Shown: in pieces, positions 37,512 through 50,525 of the stretch | Layout of the letters: each line of letters starts with the position of its first letter | How positions within the stretch are numbered: position 1 is the first letter of the stretch | Assembly (NCBI GenBank): GCA_013239625.1 | Contig: MU053557.1 | Location: 3,192,123 to 3,256,122, forward strand | Direction: 5' to 3' | DNA: 64,000 nucleotides | Origin: Lama guanicoe | Taxonomy: Eukaryota | Program-made: the position numbers and the translations under genes | Notes under the pieces: model-generated | Told to the model about the DNA's origin: nothing | Database searches by the model: none | Seen by the model: only the letters and a program-made list of their open reading frames with translations

Positions 37512-37940
37512 TGCAGTGGACCCTGTGGTGACCACCCAGATCCCCCTTCGGGAGTAAAGGGCTTATGATCCCAGCTACTCGAGGGCCCCAGCAGAATCTC
37601 TCATTTGTCAGCCCCCTTTGCACGTGGCTGCAGCTGAGGTGGTCCACCTTGCCCAAGATGGCACTGCTTTGCAGGGTGGCCCACATCCAATGAAACCAAT
37701 GAAGAGTTGAGGCCTGGCCCTCTTAGTCCCACTCAGGTCAGAGCTGAAGGTTTATCCTGTCTGCAGACCTCCCGGCAGGGTCAGCGGCTGGGGCTGCATT
37801 CTCCCTCCACCCAGTTCTGCTTCCTCTCCTTCCTTTCCCTTCCCGTCCACTGGTGCTGATCTCAAGAGCGACCCACAGAAAACCTTCTGCATGTTACTAC
37901 GTCTTACGATCTGATTCCTAGAGAGACAGGAACACTCAAC
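37512..37940 (+). mobile_element. LTR16-type (ERVL) solo LTR
   Basis: Starts TGCAGTGGACCCTGTGGTGACCACCCAGATCCCC, contains CCCACATCCAATG and CCCAGTTCTGCTTCCTC...GGTGCTGATCTCAAGAGC, ends ...CAACA; its 3' part resembles 34275-34383. Confidence 0.7.
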
Positions 37941-38029
37941 ATAGATTCCAGAACCTTCTGCACTGTCTCCCACGTTTAGTAGCTCGGCTGGTGATACCTC
38001 GCTTCACCTGGTCTTTAACCAGAAACCAG

Positions 38030-38710
38030 AGCCTTACAGATCTTGTGCTTTTGCACTGTCTGCTCCCTCTGCCTGGATCAACCTCAACCAGTCTGGGCCC
38101 TTATCATTATTCTGGTCTCATCTGAAACATCACTTCCTCATTTACCTGTGTGGGAGTCTCCAACCACTCCCCAGCACCCTCAGGTTAAAGCCTAAGATTC
38201 CTCATATGATGAACAAAACTCCCCACATGTGGCCTCTCTGCTCATCTCTGTGGCTTCATCTCCCCTCACTCCAGATGTACTTTATGTTCCCATGACCCTA
38301 GGAACCAGGAGTTCCTCTCACATCATGTTGTTTCTTGCCTCCAAGTGCTTGTTCGTGTTGTACCTTCCCCCTGAAATCATCGTCCCTCTTAACTTGGGAA
38401 TCTCCAAACACTCCTCAAAGACTCAGTTCAGGCACTCTCTCTTCCAGAAAGTTTTCCCTGACACCTATCCAGGGACCCCCGGTGCTTCCCTGAGCCTCTG
38501 CCAACTTCCAGCACTGCGCTGACAGTCTGTGTAACGACTACCTGTTTTCTTGGCCATCTTCATCTTCAGATTCTCAAAAGGATGAGGGTAGGGCTCCTTG
38601 AGGGCAGGGCTCTGACTATTCACTACCGTATCCCCACTGCCAGCACGGGACCTAGCACACAGGTAAAGGCACTCGAGATGTGTCTTAGATAATTGCCTCA
38701 GATGAATACA
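38030..38710 (+). mobile_element. L2 3' fragment
   Basis: CTTTTGCACTGTCTGCTCCCTCTGCCTGGA...AAGACTCAGTTCAGG...GCTCCTTGAGGGCAGGG...CACAGGTAAAGGCACTC...ATGAAT. Confidence 0.65.
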
Positions 38711-41700
38711 TACCAACCTACCTATATACATGCATGCACACACACATACATGCACGAACTCAAACCAAATATAAACCCTACTTGGAGCAGAATCCTGAAG
38801 GGCCAACAGGTTGGCTGCGGTGGAGAACGTTTTGGGTAGGCTCATTTGCATGTTAACAGGGTATCAATTCAGTTGACCCTTGGTGAAAACATCTTGTCTA
38901 GAAGTTAAAGACAATCTTAGCAAAACAATTTTTAAAAGCTGGAGGGCAGGGGTGGGGGGGTGGGGGTGGGAAATGTATTAAAAAGACTCATGTGTAAGCA
39001 TCCAGCCAGGCTGGAATCGAGATATGTCAGCTGCTGTCTCTTTCACCTCCTGGGGAGTCATGGTCATTCACTAGCCTCTATTTACATTACCTACATATTT
39101 TTTCTAAACATTTGGTCACTCCGTATTTCTTTGTTCTCATCACATCGAGAGAATAAAAGGAGTATCTCTTGGTTCCAACTCCCAACTGGAAAGAGCTGGC
39201 TCTGTTTGAGTCCACTGTTACCCTACAATCCAATAACCCTTGAAGAAGGGATGGAGGAATCAGGACATAAACATGGCTGCAAGGAGCCCATGCATGCAGA
39301 TACAGAGGCGCTACTCAGAGAAAAGGGGGCCGTTGTGACCTTGGCAGAACCGCAAAAGACATCTTGTAATTCCTGCCTGAAGCCCACATAAAAGGGCAGA
39401 TGAGGATGCCCTGAAACTCACACAGCTCTACCAAGGGAAAGAAAAAAATGATAGTCATTAAGATAGGCACTCAAAGAGACGAGATGGAGGTAAGTTTTGC
39501 AAAGGTGATTCTTGACAACATAAATCAGCCTGCTCGCCATATGCTAATAAGTGTTCACAGTCCGTGTGTCACACATAATTGTGCCGAGATGTCTCCCCTT
39601 CCCCTGCCAGCTCTCAGGCTTCTGGGTCTCTGTCTTTGATTGTCTATTTGCACTAGCTTCATTCTTTTTTTTTTTTTTTTTGATCTTCAAAGAGAGCAGT
39701 TCCATGAGACCAAAAGCAATCAACCCACACAGTCCTACAGCTGAAACACATGATACTACAGAAGGCATCTGGTTTGCCTACCCCTAATCCTCAAGTTGTG
39801 ACACCCTTAGAGATCCTAATCCAGAGATCCACCATCCATTACAGACTGCCTCCTTCATCCCAGAAATACAGGGGTGGGGGGGAAGGTGGGGTTCATGCCC
39901 TGATCAAAGCTCAGTCTCAGGTGAAATAAAATTGTGCACAGTATCAGAGAGAGATGAGTAGACTACTGAACCAGACGCAATTACTATTCTGAGATCCAAA
40001 ACATAATGACAAGGTGTAGTAGTGAAAAGAGAAAAAAAATAAGGGAGTCAAGAGATCCAAGTCTTAGCAGAGTTTATCCTATGAACCAATTGTTTGACCT
40101 TAAGCAATTCACCTAACCTGTCCTTATCTCTTTAATGGAGAATAAATTATTTGCTTTCAACCTCTCTGGGCCAATGATCAAATGAGATAATGGAAATATG
40201 CCCTTGTCTGAAAAGAATACACTCCAAAAGGCCATCTAAACACCAGACCTTAGTATTATTTTTCCATCATGTCACAAACACCCAAGACTGATATCTGCTC
40301 AAAAGCCTATTTACCATTGTTGCTTTCCAAGCATGACCCTTCCCTTAAGTACCTCTCTGTTTTTCAAATTATTTATTTCTCCAGATGCATGTTCCTACTT
40401 TCCCAGGCTGATCTCATTTGTTCATTTCCTGTCCAAATTTCTAATCTCTCTAGGTTGCTCTGTACTATGTCTCTTCCTCACTAGTGTCTATAACGCCATT
40501 CCATTTACCCTCATCTGCAGATACAATTGCCATAATGGGTTTACAGCCTTTTCCCAAGCCATTAATAACAATGCAAAATGAAATGCGTCTGAGGTCGATC
40601 TCGCCAGCATCCTTCTGGAAATCACAACATGCTATTTTTCATTCTTGTTGGGTTTTTCAGCCAGTTTTGAGGTCATCTTTCATGGTTCAGAGAACTTCCT
40701 AACCCAACCCAAGACTGTTCGGTTTTGTTTTTTCAATCATACGGAAACCAGATTTTGTTTCTCCTGCTCATACAAAAATAAATAAAATAAAGGAAAACAA
40801 AATAAGTTGTAATATGCCAGCACATGAAGCTGGACACTTAAAGCCCTGGGAATCAATCAGTGGGTTCTTATCCAAAGATCTGTCTCACATTAATGCAAGA
40901 GCGCTCACTGGGATTCCACTCCTGTGTTGATCCAGAAATCAAGAAGACCTAAGTTTTCCAAGTGAAATTCCAAATCCTTGTTTCTTTCCAGTAGAAACCT
41001 GCAGCCAAGTTCCTCCAAAAACCTAAGGCACAGTCTTTGAGGCTCACTACAAAGAAGCAGCTTCTCTCTGTTGTTTTTCCTCCATAAACTGGCTGACATG
41101 ACAGTCCCTGTCTTTGCTTCCATTACAACACTTGGCAGTTTCTAAAGAGAAAGGAGTTTGGAGAAGAAAGAGAAAGGACACAAAGACTAATCCATGAGTG
41201 AATAACCCCGAGAAAGGGTTTCGCTGCCATATTATTGCAAACAATTTTCTTCCCTTCTTAGCTTGGAATTCCTTTTTTTGTTTTTTAATTAAGTGGGTAG
41301 GGGGTGCTTTGCCTCTTTGGAATCTCACTTCTTCTTAGTGTTTCTGACCATGGGCTTTCCCACCAGCAGTTCTGCTTTTTCACATTCTCACTTTGATTCA
41401 AGCTCCAAAAAAAAAAGTTGGGAATTCAGGTTAAATGAAACCTTGGGGCTCTTTCTGAACTCTCATAAAGACCTTCAAATTTCTTCCAAAAATGTATTTT
41501 AAATATTTTAAAGACCTACAACCTCAGACACGCTAAATATTAGTTTCTGTATAAAGAGGAGAGAAAAAGCTACAAGGACTTCAATACCCTCAGTTAATTG
41601 CAGTGTTGGAAGAAAAGTCTAATTTATGTCAATTCCTTTTATCTGGAAAAATAGAAAAACATGAACTTGGGACACAGACCAGGTTTTCTAACCTGGTTAC

Positions 41701-42380
41701 ATCAAATACTTGCTTTTATGAGACTGGGAAATCTATAAAACTGGAAATTTTTCTTAAGCTTCTTGCATTGTTTCCTCTTCTATTATGTGGGGACAGTACT
41801 ACTGCTGTCACAGAGCAATGTTTGGATTAAATGTGCAGAACAGTGACTAGTAAACACAGTGACTGCTGCAGAGTGGGTGATCATTAAGTGTCAGCTGTTT
41901 CCCTTGCCTTCCTGGACATACAATGGGAAAATATGTCATCTTTTATTCATACACATGGTTCACTTTCTCGTAACACTGTTACCGGGCAGTCATGAACTGC
42001 TAAGAGGAAAATGTCTTTTCATGAATTTAATAATGAGGATGATGATAGTAGACAGGCAGCATTCTAAATCCTTTTATATGCATTATTTCATTTAAACCTC
42101 ACAAAGGGAGGTAATTTTACTACAGAAAAGGATGCAGATGTTGGCAATGGTTAAGTGACATAGTAGACGGGTCAGGAGTTGATGTAGATACTGTAAAGCA
42201 TTACATGTAATGCCTGCCACTTGGTAAATTCTTATTAAGTGCTAGAAATTTAGTGAAGGGGTAAGATTTTTTTGTAATATAATTAGAACTCTTTTTGTAA
42301 TACCCTTTTATTTTTTTTATCATCTTCATTGAGATATAACTCATACACCATGAAGTTCACCATTTAAAGTACCCAATTCA

Positions 42381-42554
42381 AACAAGCTTATACTGTATAG
42401 CACAGGGAACTATATTCAATATCTTGTAGTAACCTCTAATGAAAAAGAATAGGAAAAGGAATACATGTATATGCATATATGTATGACTGAAACATGCTTG
42501 ACACCAGAAACTGACACAACATTGTAAACTGACTATACTTGAATAAAAAAAATT
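42381..42554 (+). mobile_element. Short L1 3' end nested in an older minus-strand L1MB-like fragment (about 42310-42650)
   Basis: TACTGTATAGCACAGGGAACTATATTCAATATCTTG...GACTATACTTGAATAAAAAAAA; TSD AAGTACCCAATTCA (42367-42380) / AGGTATCCAATTCA (42555-42568). Confidence 0.85.
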
Positions 42555-42704
42555 AGGTATCCAATTCAGTGGGGTTTTTAGTATATTTTAGTATATTGAG
42601 TTGAACATCCATTACCCCAATCTAAATGGAGAACGTTTTCACCACCAGAAAAGTCCTTTATTTTTTAAAATCTGGATTTTCAGAGGTTTCTTAAAGGAGC
42701 AAAT

Positions 42705-43565
42705 ATCATTGTATCAGAAGTGGGAGTCCTCTCATACACTGTTACTGGAATGTACAGTTACTCCAGGAACTAATATGGCAGTTTCCTAAAAGACTACATA
42801 CGTATTAACATCACATTGTATGTCAATTATATTTCAATTAAAAAAAAACTAAGCATGCATTAACTATTCAACTTGGCAATTGTCCTCTTGGGCATTTATC
42901 CTAAAAAAATGAAAACAATGTTCCTACAAAAACTTGTATGGGAATGTTCATAGCAGTTCTAGTCCTCATAGCCAAAACGTAGAAACAACCCAAATGTCCT
43001 TCAATAAGTGAAGGGATAAATAAAGCCTGGTACATCCACATGATTCAATACTACACATCAATAAAAAGGGTCAAATTATTGATAGATGAAAAACTAGGAT
43101 GGATCTTAAGGGCATTCTAACTAATGAACAAAAATAATTTCATAAAATGACATACTATGCAATACATCCTCAAAATGACAAAACTACAGAGTTAGAAAAT
43201 AGATTGGTGGATGCCAGGGGACAGGAATGAGGTAGGTAGACAATACAGTGGTCGCCAGAGGGAGTTCCTTTGTAGTGACGGAACAATTCTGTATTATGCA
43301 TCATGATAATTATATGAATGTGCATGGAGTAAAAACTGCATAGAACCACACACACACACACACAGTGAAATGTGAATGAGTCCCTACCACCTAGTGAACA
43401 TTACTGCACCAATGTTAGTTTTCTGGTTTTGGTATTGCACTTCTGTTATATAAGGTGTGACCACTGATGAAAGCTGAGCAAAAGAACTTCATTCAAAGAA
43501 CTCTATGTACCATTTTTTGCAACTTCCGGTGAACCTATAATCATTTCAAGAGATAAAGTTAAAAT
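42705..43565 (+). mobile_element. Old L1 (L1MC/MD-like) ORF2 end and 3' UTR
   Basis: CTCTTGGGCATTTATCC...ATGTTCATAGCAG...AAACAACCCAAATGTCCTTCAA...TTTTTGCAACTTCCGGTGAACCTATAATCATTTCAA. Confidence 0.8.
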
Positions 43566-44679
43566 AATGGCATTTCAAAAGGGAAGTCAAAATGAGTTCT
43601 GAAGGAGATACTCTTACCTGAAAGCTTGCATGTATATTTTTGAGATAATTCTTAGGATTGATGCAACTTGATCATTATTGTTAACGACTAGCCAGAAAGA
43701 CCTAACTCACAAAATAAATGGCTCAAAATGGAAAAAATTATTAAACAGAATGGAAAGAACATCTGGAACAAAGCAGAGCCTCAAAGCTAGTTCAGAAATA
43801 CAAGCTAAATTAAAGAATAAGTACAAGATTCCTTAGGAAGGGTGGAAAGATCTAAGTAATTAGAAACTATAGAAGAAATCCCACATCAAGGATTGCCTTA
43901 ACATGTTACCATAATGAGAATGATGACTCAAACTCTTGAAAACACTCCTAAAGGTTTTAGACAGGAAAATCAGAGTGAAAAAAATCTGAAGTTAATTTAC
44001 TTGGATTAAAGCCATGAACACAAAGTAGCGTGAACACAAAGTAGCACCAATGAACACATCCTCAGAAATGACTATATGATTACTATACCGCTTCTACAGA
44101 TAGTAACAGTAAGAACAATGACAAGTGCAATTACTAAGTGCTACGTCCCAAGACTTTTTCTAAATGTTTTACATCCGTTACGTAATTCTCATAACAAGCT
44201 GCTGAGATTAATACTATTATTATGGCCCTTTTCACAAAGACAAAAAGGAGACACAATGAATCTCTGTTACTTGACCAAGCTCATAGAGCCAAGTGAGTGG
44301 TGGGATACAGCTGGAACTGATACAGCTACACGTGGTCATAAATCCCATCTTGAAATTCAAAATTAAATTAAGGATTTGAATTAATCTATAATTTTAGCAC
44401 AGAAAATTAATCCCTAACACCAATGAGTCCCTCAATCACGTAACAAAGGAAGAAATAAATTGATTTTATCAGAATTAATATAAACTTTCAGTTATCCAGG
44501 GTCAAGTCAAAGGACAGTTTTTTAAAACCATAAAATAATTGGTTTATAATGATGTTCATAATGATGAGGACAGCAATACAGTAGATGAGATAACCTAACC
44601 TTTCCAATATAAAATATATAAATGCACAGTTAGGGGCAAAAACATAGGAACTGCAAACAGAAATAAGCAGAAGAGCTGA

Positions 44680-45800
44680 CATGTTGGCTGCCTTATGGGA
44701 ATTTGCCCATCTTGGTAACCAAGGGGTTGGATTTTAAAGCTCTGGGACGATAAGAAAGGAGTCTGTTTGGTCCTCACCAAAGAGGGAGAGATTGGAACCG
44801 AGGCCCCACAAAAATTTTGGTTCTGCCATGAAAAAAGTAAACTAGGAAAATCTTTTTATTAATAAAGGATGATGACAGGGAGCTTTTTTGCCTTGGCCCA
44901 TTCTCTCGATGGGGTATTGAAAGGCAAACCTCATTAGAATTTGAAACAATGAGAGGATCTTCACACAGGTTTAGATTTTATTTTAAATCAGAGGAATTCT
45001 TAAACGTGGGGTATTAACATTAAAAATGATCATGGCAAAGAAAGCACTGAGGCATCTGGCAAAAGCAAATCCACTCAAAAGAGATACCCTGGACCCAGGT
45101 TCAGTAGGCTCTTCCAGAAAAACATCACCTAACATGAGCTCACAATTAGAAATTACAAAACACATTAAGAACATAATCTACCATGAGCAAGACTGAGAAG
45201 ACACAATAAGTATAGTAAGTTCCCTGAAAACTTCATACAATAGAATAATCAGATACAATGAAAATCAGTATGTTTAAGATGATGAAGTTCTCAGTAAAAA
45301 ATAATAGTTAACTACAGGAACAGAATCAGACATTATCCAAACAGAAAATGCAGATTTTAAGAAGGGGGAAGGGAATATACCTTTTGGAAATGAAAAAAAC
45401 AGCCAGTGAAATTAAACACTTAATGGACAGTTAGACACACATTAAATACATCTGAAGAGGAAGCTTGTGAGAATGTATATGTGATCAAATAACTCTAACT
45501 GTGAAGAAAGAAAAGAAATGGAAAATACAATAGACAGGTTAAGAGACCTAGACATGAATGAGATGGCTCCCCATAATTAACAGGCATTCCAGATATAAAA
45601 GGGGAGGGAATGGAGAGAGGCTATACTCCAAAAATAATGGCTAAGACATTTCTGGAATTGTCGGAACATGTGAATTCTCAGATTCAAAAAATATGTTGTG
45701 TTCTAAGAAACACTCTTACTAAAATTGCAGAACTCAAAGTCAAAGATGTTAAAGGCAAGCAGAGGGAAAGAAAGATGGTCTACAAGACAACTTTGATTCT
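44680..45800 (+). mobile_element. Highly decayed L1ME/HAL1-like 5' region and ORF1 fragment
   Basis: A-rich strand with ORF1-like motifs (AAATTACAAAACACAT, GAAATTAAACACTTAATGGACAG, AAAATAATGGCTAAGACATTTCTGGAATTG). Confidence 0.55.
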
Positions 45801-46009
45801 AAAACTATGTCAGATTTTGAAAGACCCCTGGCATCTTGAAAGAAATATCGAGCACCACCCAGTACAAGATGAGTTTTAGCATATTTTATCTATTCTGAGC
45901 CTCAGTGATCCATGCAAGTCACTTGTGGAAGTGATAACAATCTTCCTTTTGTATGTAGTACACAGCTTTTCAAAATCTCTACCACACGATGAGATTAGTC
46001 TTAAGAATG

Positions 46010-46250
46010 TGATGTCTCTCGGGCTCTGGAGTCAGATGGCAGAGATTCTAACCCTGACCCCTCCCACTAGAAGCTCTCTGACTTGGGCAAGTGATTCAGT
46101 CTCTCTGCCTCATTTCATGTATCTATAAAATGGTAGCATTCATAGATTATTATAATGTTCTGTTTTAAGTGAAATGATACATTAATATGCTTAGAACACT
46201 GCCTGAAATACAGGAAACACTCAATGAATATTAGCTAGTGATATTATTAT
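46010..46250 (+). mobile_element. MIR
   Basis: GGCTCTGGAGTCAGA...GACTTGGGCAAGTGATT...CTCTGCCTCATTTC...TATAAAATGG...GCTTAGAACACTGCCTG...CTCAATGAATATTAGC. Confidence 0.75.
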
Positions 46251-46614
46251 TACCATGTTTCTTCTGATCTTCACCATAATACTGCAGGAGAGACTTTATT
46301 TCCACCTTCCTAGGGAATTGTATTATTTGACAGTTACTGGCTCATTCAGAATCACAATTAGACTTTTTAGAGCTGGAACCAGAATTCATGTCTCTTGTGT
46401 CCTACCAGTTTGAGCTCCCGTTTTAATTACTGCTCTTATAAAAATGTTTTTCATAAAGGATTTATCCTGGGTTATGCACTCTGTAAGATAGCGCATCTCT
46501 CAAAGTTTCAAATGTTTCTTCTTTAATTACTGGTCTGTTAGAAGAGGGTCACAGATCTTTTTAATACACACTCTGACTTTTTATTTTCATTGTATCTCCA
46601 GGTTGTACACAGCA

Positions 46615-46770
46615 GTGTTAGTGAGGACTAACATTCAGCTATGTGTATCTCCATCTGTAAGGGAGGCTGGAAAATGGAGATTTTCCAAGCTGGGCACACT
46701 GTCCCCCTCAACAACATTAGGACTGTCTTAGTAAGAAAGAAGATAACTGATTGTTGGTTAGACAAAGGTC
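46615..46770 (-). mobile_element. MLT1J/K-like LTR fragment
   Basis: CTGTAAGGGAGGCTGGAAAATG...GCTGGGCACACTG...TCTTAGTAAGAAAGAAG. Confidence 0.5.
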
Positions 46771-47579
46771 ATAAGATTTAAGTGTGGTCTGAGACACAGA
46801 TGGCAATTTTGGAAAGGAGGCAGAAAAGAGAATGCAAGAAGGCTCCCAGGATCTGTGGTCCGGCACATGCTCTGTAAGGTTCTGTGTAATTTGGCCCTGG
46901 CAGACCTCTCTGACACTGACTTTTGCCAAATTGATTCCCCTACTATCTACAGGATTTCCAGTTCTTATGCATGCTATGCTTTCTCTTTTACAGATCAGTG
47001 GCCTGGAAACACCCCATGACCCCAACGCCTGGTCCTTCCACCAACACACACACATACACACCCCATAAATTTCCTATCACTGTACCATACATGCATATTT
47101 GGCCAGGATAACACAAGTGTGCCCTGGGACCATGGGAAGCCTTCCCTATCCCCCAAGTCCAGGTTCAGTCTCCCACCTGTCTCTTAGCCCCTGTGGCCCC
47201 ATATGCATATCCCGACTGTAACACTGATCACCCTGTACTGCAAGTGTGTTGTGAACATGACCAACCCCTCTCCCCACCACTTCCCAAAATGTTTGCACCT
47301 TAAAGGCAGAACTCTATTCTATTTTTACCAAGTCAGGTTTGCATCTTGCTCATTTCTGGATCGCCAAATTATCTGCACAGTATCTGGCACCTCACAGGTG
47401 ACCAACAAACCTTTGTGGATTAAATAAATTCAACTCTGAGTATTTCAGGAATTTATAAAAGGAAAAAAAAAGCGCAGATAGGCAGTCACAATAGTTACCG
47501 TATACTAAAGATTTGTGAAACGTGAGGCACGCTGGGTTTAGGGTTTTACACAAACTACCTACTTTGATTTTTCCAACGA

Positions 47580-47700
47580 CCCCATGACATATATATACAA
47601 TTCCCACGCTCATCTCAGATGAGGAAACTGAGGCTCAGAGAGGTGATCTGCCCACGGTCAGAGAGTTAATGAAACATAGTGCAGGGATTTGCACACTGGT
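47580..47700 (-). mobile_element. MIR
   Basis: CAGATGAGGAAACTGAGGCTCAGAGAGG...TGCCCACGGTCA. Confidence 0.7.
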
Positions 47701-48648
47701 TGTTTCTACTCCACAATCGAAATCCCTAATTACCAGGCTATGTTGCTGAAACTTGAGCAGGCGGTACACTGTGAGAGGCTGCTCCAGCAGGAAGCTCAAG
47801 CACAGAGGAGGAGCTGGGTGGCGTGCAAATCTTGCTGCCTCAGCCAAGGACATTTTATCTTGTCTGAAGCAAGGGTTGAAAGAGAGAGAAGTGAAAGGCG
47901 AGGGGGCCTTTATGTTGAGAAAGAGAGGAAGCAGGATGACAAATGAAGGAAACTGAGAAACCCACATCAGAGCAACCACAGATCCGATCTCAGACAGCCA
48001 CTGCATCTCTCAACACCATTCTGACAAGCAGCTAATTAAATGCCTCTGGGGAGAGGGTTCCCATCTTGACTCTCAAGGGCAACTGCTGAGTTCTGAAGCC
48101 TGTTCTCTACATGGGGTTTAGGAAAGTCAGCTTCCCAGCTGGCCTGATAATCCCTGAAGCAAGCACAACACCCAAGACCCCCTGGAACACAGGCAAAGGT
48201 GGCAGATTAGTCCTCAAGCAAGCTTAGCATAATCAGAGCAGTAAAAGCTTACACTTATTGGGCACTTGCAATCAGTCTCAAGCAACTGAGTGGTTATTTC
48301 CTTTAATCCGCCAAAGGAATACAGTGAGGCAGACATCATCCCCATTTTACAGACAGGGGACCCAGGGACGGCAACTGTGTCTGCTACTTGCCTGCTGTTC
48401 CTCGGCCCCAAGTCCATCCTTTCACAGTCTGTACCCTCTAATCTCTACGCAGCCAGACCTCGGCAAACTGCATCACCCAGACCCGTAACCAGCTAGTTTA
48501 CTATTAAATTAAAAAAACAGAAGGCAGAAAATGGAAAAGCGAAAGAGGGAAACAGAACTTCTTTCCTGCTTCTCTTTCCCTGCAGCATCCCTCCCGTAGC
48601 CGCAGTCTGCAACCTCCGGCTTCTCTCACTTTTCTTTGTTTGCTTAGA

Positions 48649-48826
48649 ATTTTTGTATTGAAGTACAGTTGACTTATGTCTCAGGGGTACAGCAAAGTAA
48701 TTCAGTTACACATATACATTTTTTTCCAGGTTCTTTTCCATATAGGTTATTATAAGATATTGAATATAGTTCTCTGTGCTATACAGTAGGACTTTTTGTT
48801 TGTCTATTTTATACACAGTAGTGTGT
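48649..48826 (-). mobile_element. L1 3' end on the minus strand, inserted into an ERVL-type LTR remnant (about 48560-49105)
   Basis: ATTGAAGTACAGTTGAC...GATATTGAATATAGTTCTCTGTGCTATACAGTAGGAC is the reverse complement of the L1 3' UTR seen at 9360 and 42381. Confidence 0.82.
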
Positions 48827-49204
48827 GCTGCCACACCCTCTCAAGGGCATCGGGAGCAGCCAAGGGGAGATCCCTCCTCGGAACTCTGAGTGCCAGCCCT
48901 GCAGGGGAGCAGCTGTGAGCACCGCCATCTGGGCAGCCCTACCTCTCTGTTCCCTCAGCCTTGGGTGGCTGGTACTTCCACTATCTCTAAATTAACTGCT
49001 ATGTTCCTTTTTGCTCTGGCGGCTTCCAACACGTGTATACTCAATTCTCTGTATTAAATCCCTCCTTTCTGAAGTAGCTATGATGGTGTCTATCTTTATG
49101 ACTGAAAAAAAGATGTGGACTATCTGTCCAATGTCACACAGCTAGTAAGCAGCATGGTGATTACTAACCCCAGGTTCTCCACAGAAGTTTATAGGTGGCT
49201 TAGT

Positions 49205-49340
49205 GGGGGAGGGTGTAGCTCAGTGGTAGAGGGCATGCTTAGCACGCACAATGTCCTGGGTTCAATCCCCAGTACCTCCATTTAAGTAAACAAATAAACA
49301 AACCTAATTACCTTACCCTCACCCCCCAAAAAACCCCCAA
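49205..49340 (+). mobile_element. tRNA-Ala-derived SINE (vic-1 type)
   Basis: GGGGGAGGGTGTAGCTCAGTGGTAGAG...CTTAGCA...GGGTTCAATCCCCAGTACCTCCA; degenerate TSD AAGTTTATAGGTGGCTT / AAGTTAAATAGGCGGCTT. Confidence 0.9.
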
Positions 49341-49780
49341 AAGTTAAATAGGCGGCTTTATCTGATACGGGAAACTGGGGCCATAGGAGATAATCAATAC
49401 AAATGTGTTGAAATGAATCAATTTCTTAGTGCTCACATCATCATTATATTTTCATTAATAATAATAATAACATATGTATATAATCCTTGAGCATTGGGGA
49501 GGGATTTCATAGCCATTACTTCATATGATTCATATCATATGATTCAGAAAGGAAGTACATTACAGTTAATGTAATGTAACTGCCTTTGGAGTAAGGCAGA
49601 CATTAGTTTAACCTTGGTCCTGCCATGAAATAGCTGTATGATCTCTGGAGAGTTACTGAACTTTGTTGTGAAACTTCGTTTTGTTATCTATGAACTGTGA
49701 TTACTCAGACTACCCACTGCATATGGCTATGGTGATCATTTAATGAATGTCATATAATACATATATAACATGTCAAGAAC

Positions 49781-50238
49781 TGTGTAGGGTCTGAGAGTTT
49801 GTCCTGCTCACAACTAACAAGTTGGCTTGTTACTGTTTCATGCACGCTGGCAGAAGACAGGAGACTCCTGGGTCAGAGACAAAGACGTTATTACTCATAA
49901 CAAAAGCATTAGCCAGTTTCATGTTGGTTTTCATTGATGGCTCACGCCTCCCAAGCCTCAGAGGGACAATGCAGACAGCCCATCACGGATGCCTGCACAC
50001 ACAGTGGGCTGTGCTGTGGAGAACACTGTGCTTGGGGGATTCACCACTTTTACAAGAAGCTGAAGTCAGACTACTCTTTGTCTGGGGGAAACGTTACCTC
50101 ATGTCCCAAGCTCGCGCTCTGAAAACATAACCATGAGAAATGATCCCAGTAAAGAGCCCTCAGAGCCTTGCATTTGGGGGATAACTAGCAAGAACACGCA
50201 GGGATACTCAAAGCCCACGGTGCGTCGCCTCTCCCAAC
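49781..50238 (-). mobile_element. ERVL-class LTR (MER54/73/74-like) inserted into a MIR
   Basis: TG...CA termini; GCTGGCAGAAGACAGGAGACTCCTGGGTCAGAGACAAAGAC.TTATTACTCA motif; MIR sequence on both sides (49560-49780 and 50240-50285). Confidence 0.6.
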
Positions 50239-50453
50239 AAAATTTGCTGAGAACTTCGTCATTTACACAGTAAATGGTAGTTGTCACTGTAAGTCTCATA
50301 AAACCCAACCATGAAGGAATACCTGCCCCAATGTGTAGTGAAGGAAACTGGCTCAGAGACATGAACTGATTTGCTCAATGGTAATACCCTTTGGGGCAGT
50401 GGCAGTTACGGGTCCAAAAATCAGAAGTCAAGACCCCCAAGTCTCCAACACAA

Positions 50454-50525
50454 GGCCTATTGGTAAGGACAGGTGGGACATACCATCGGCCTATTGGTAA
50501 GGACAGATGGGACATACCATCGGCC
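50454..50525. repeat. 34-bp tandem duplication
   Basis: GGCCTATTGGTAAGGACAG(G/A)TGGGACATACCATC at 50454-50487 and 50488-50521, followed by GGCC. Confidence 0.92.

Noticed and set aside
49205..49280. Possible tRNA-Ala(AGC) gene (and the four similar copies)
   Set aside because: Acceptor and anticodon stems do not pair properly in this copy, and all copies carry SINE tails, most with TSDs; these are SINEs, not tRNA genes.
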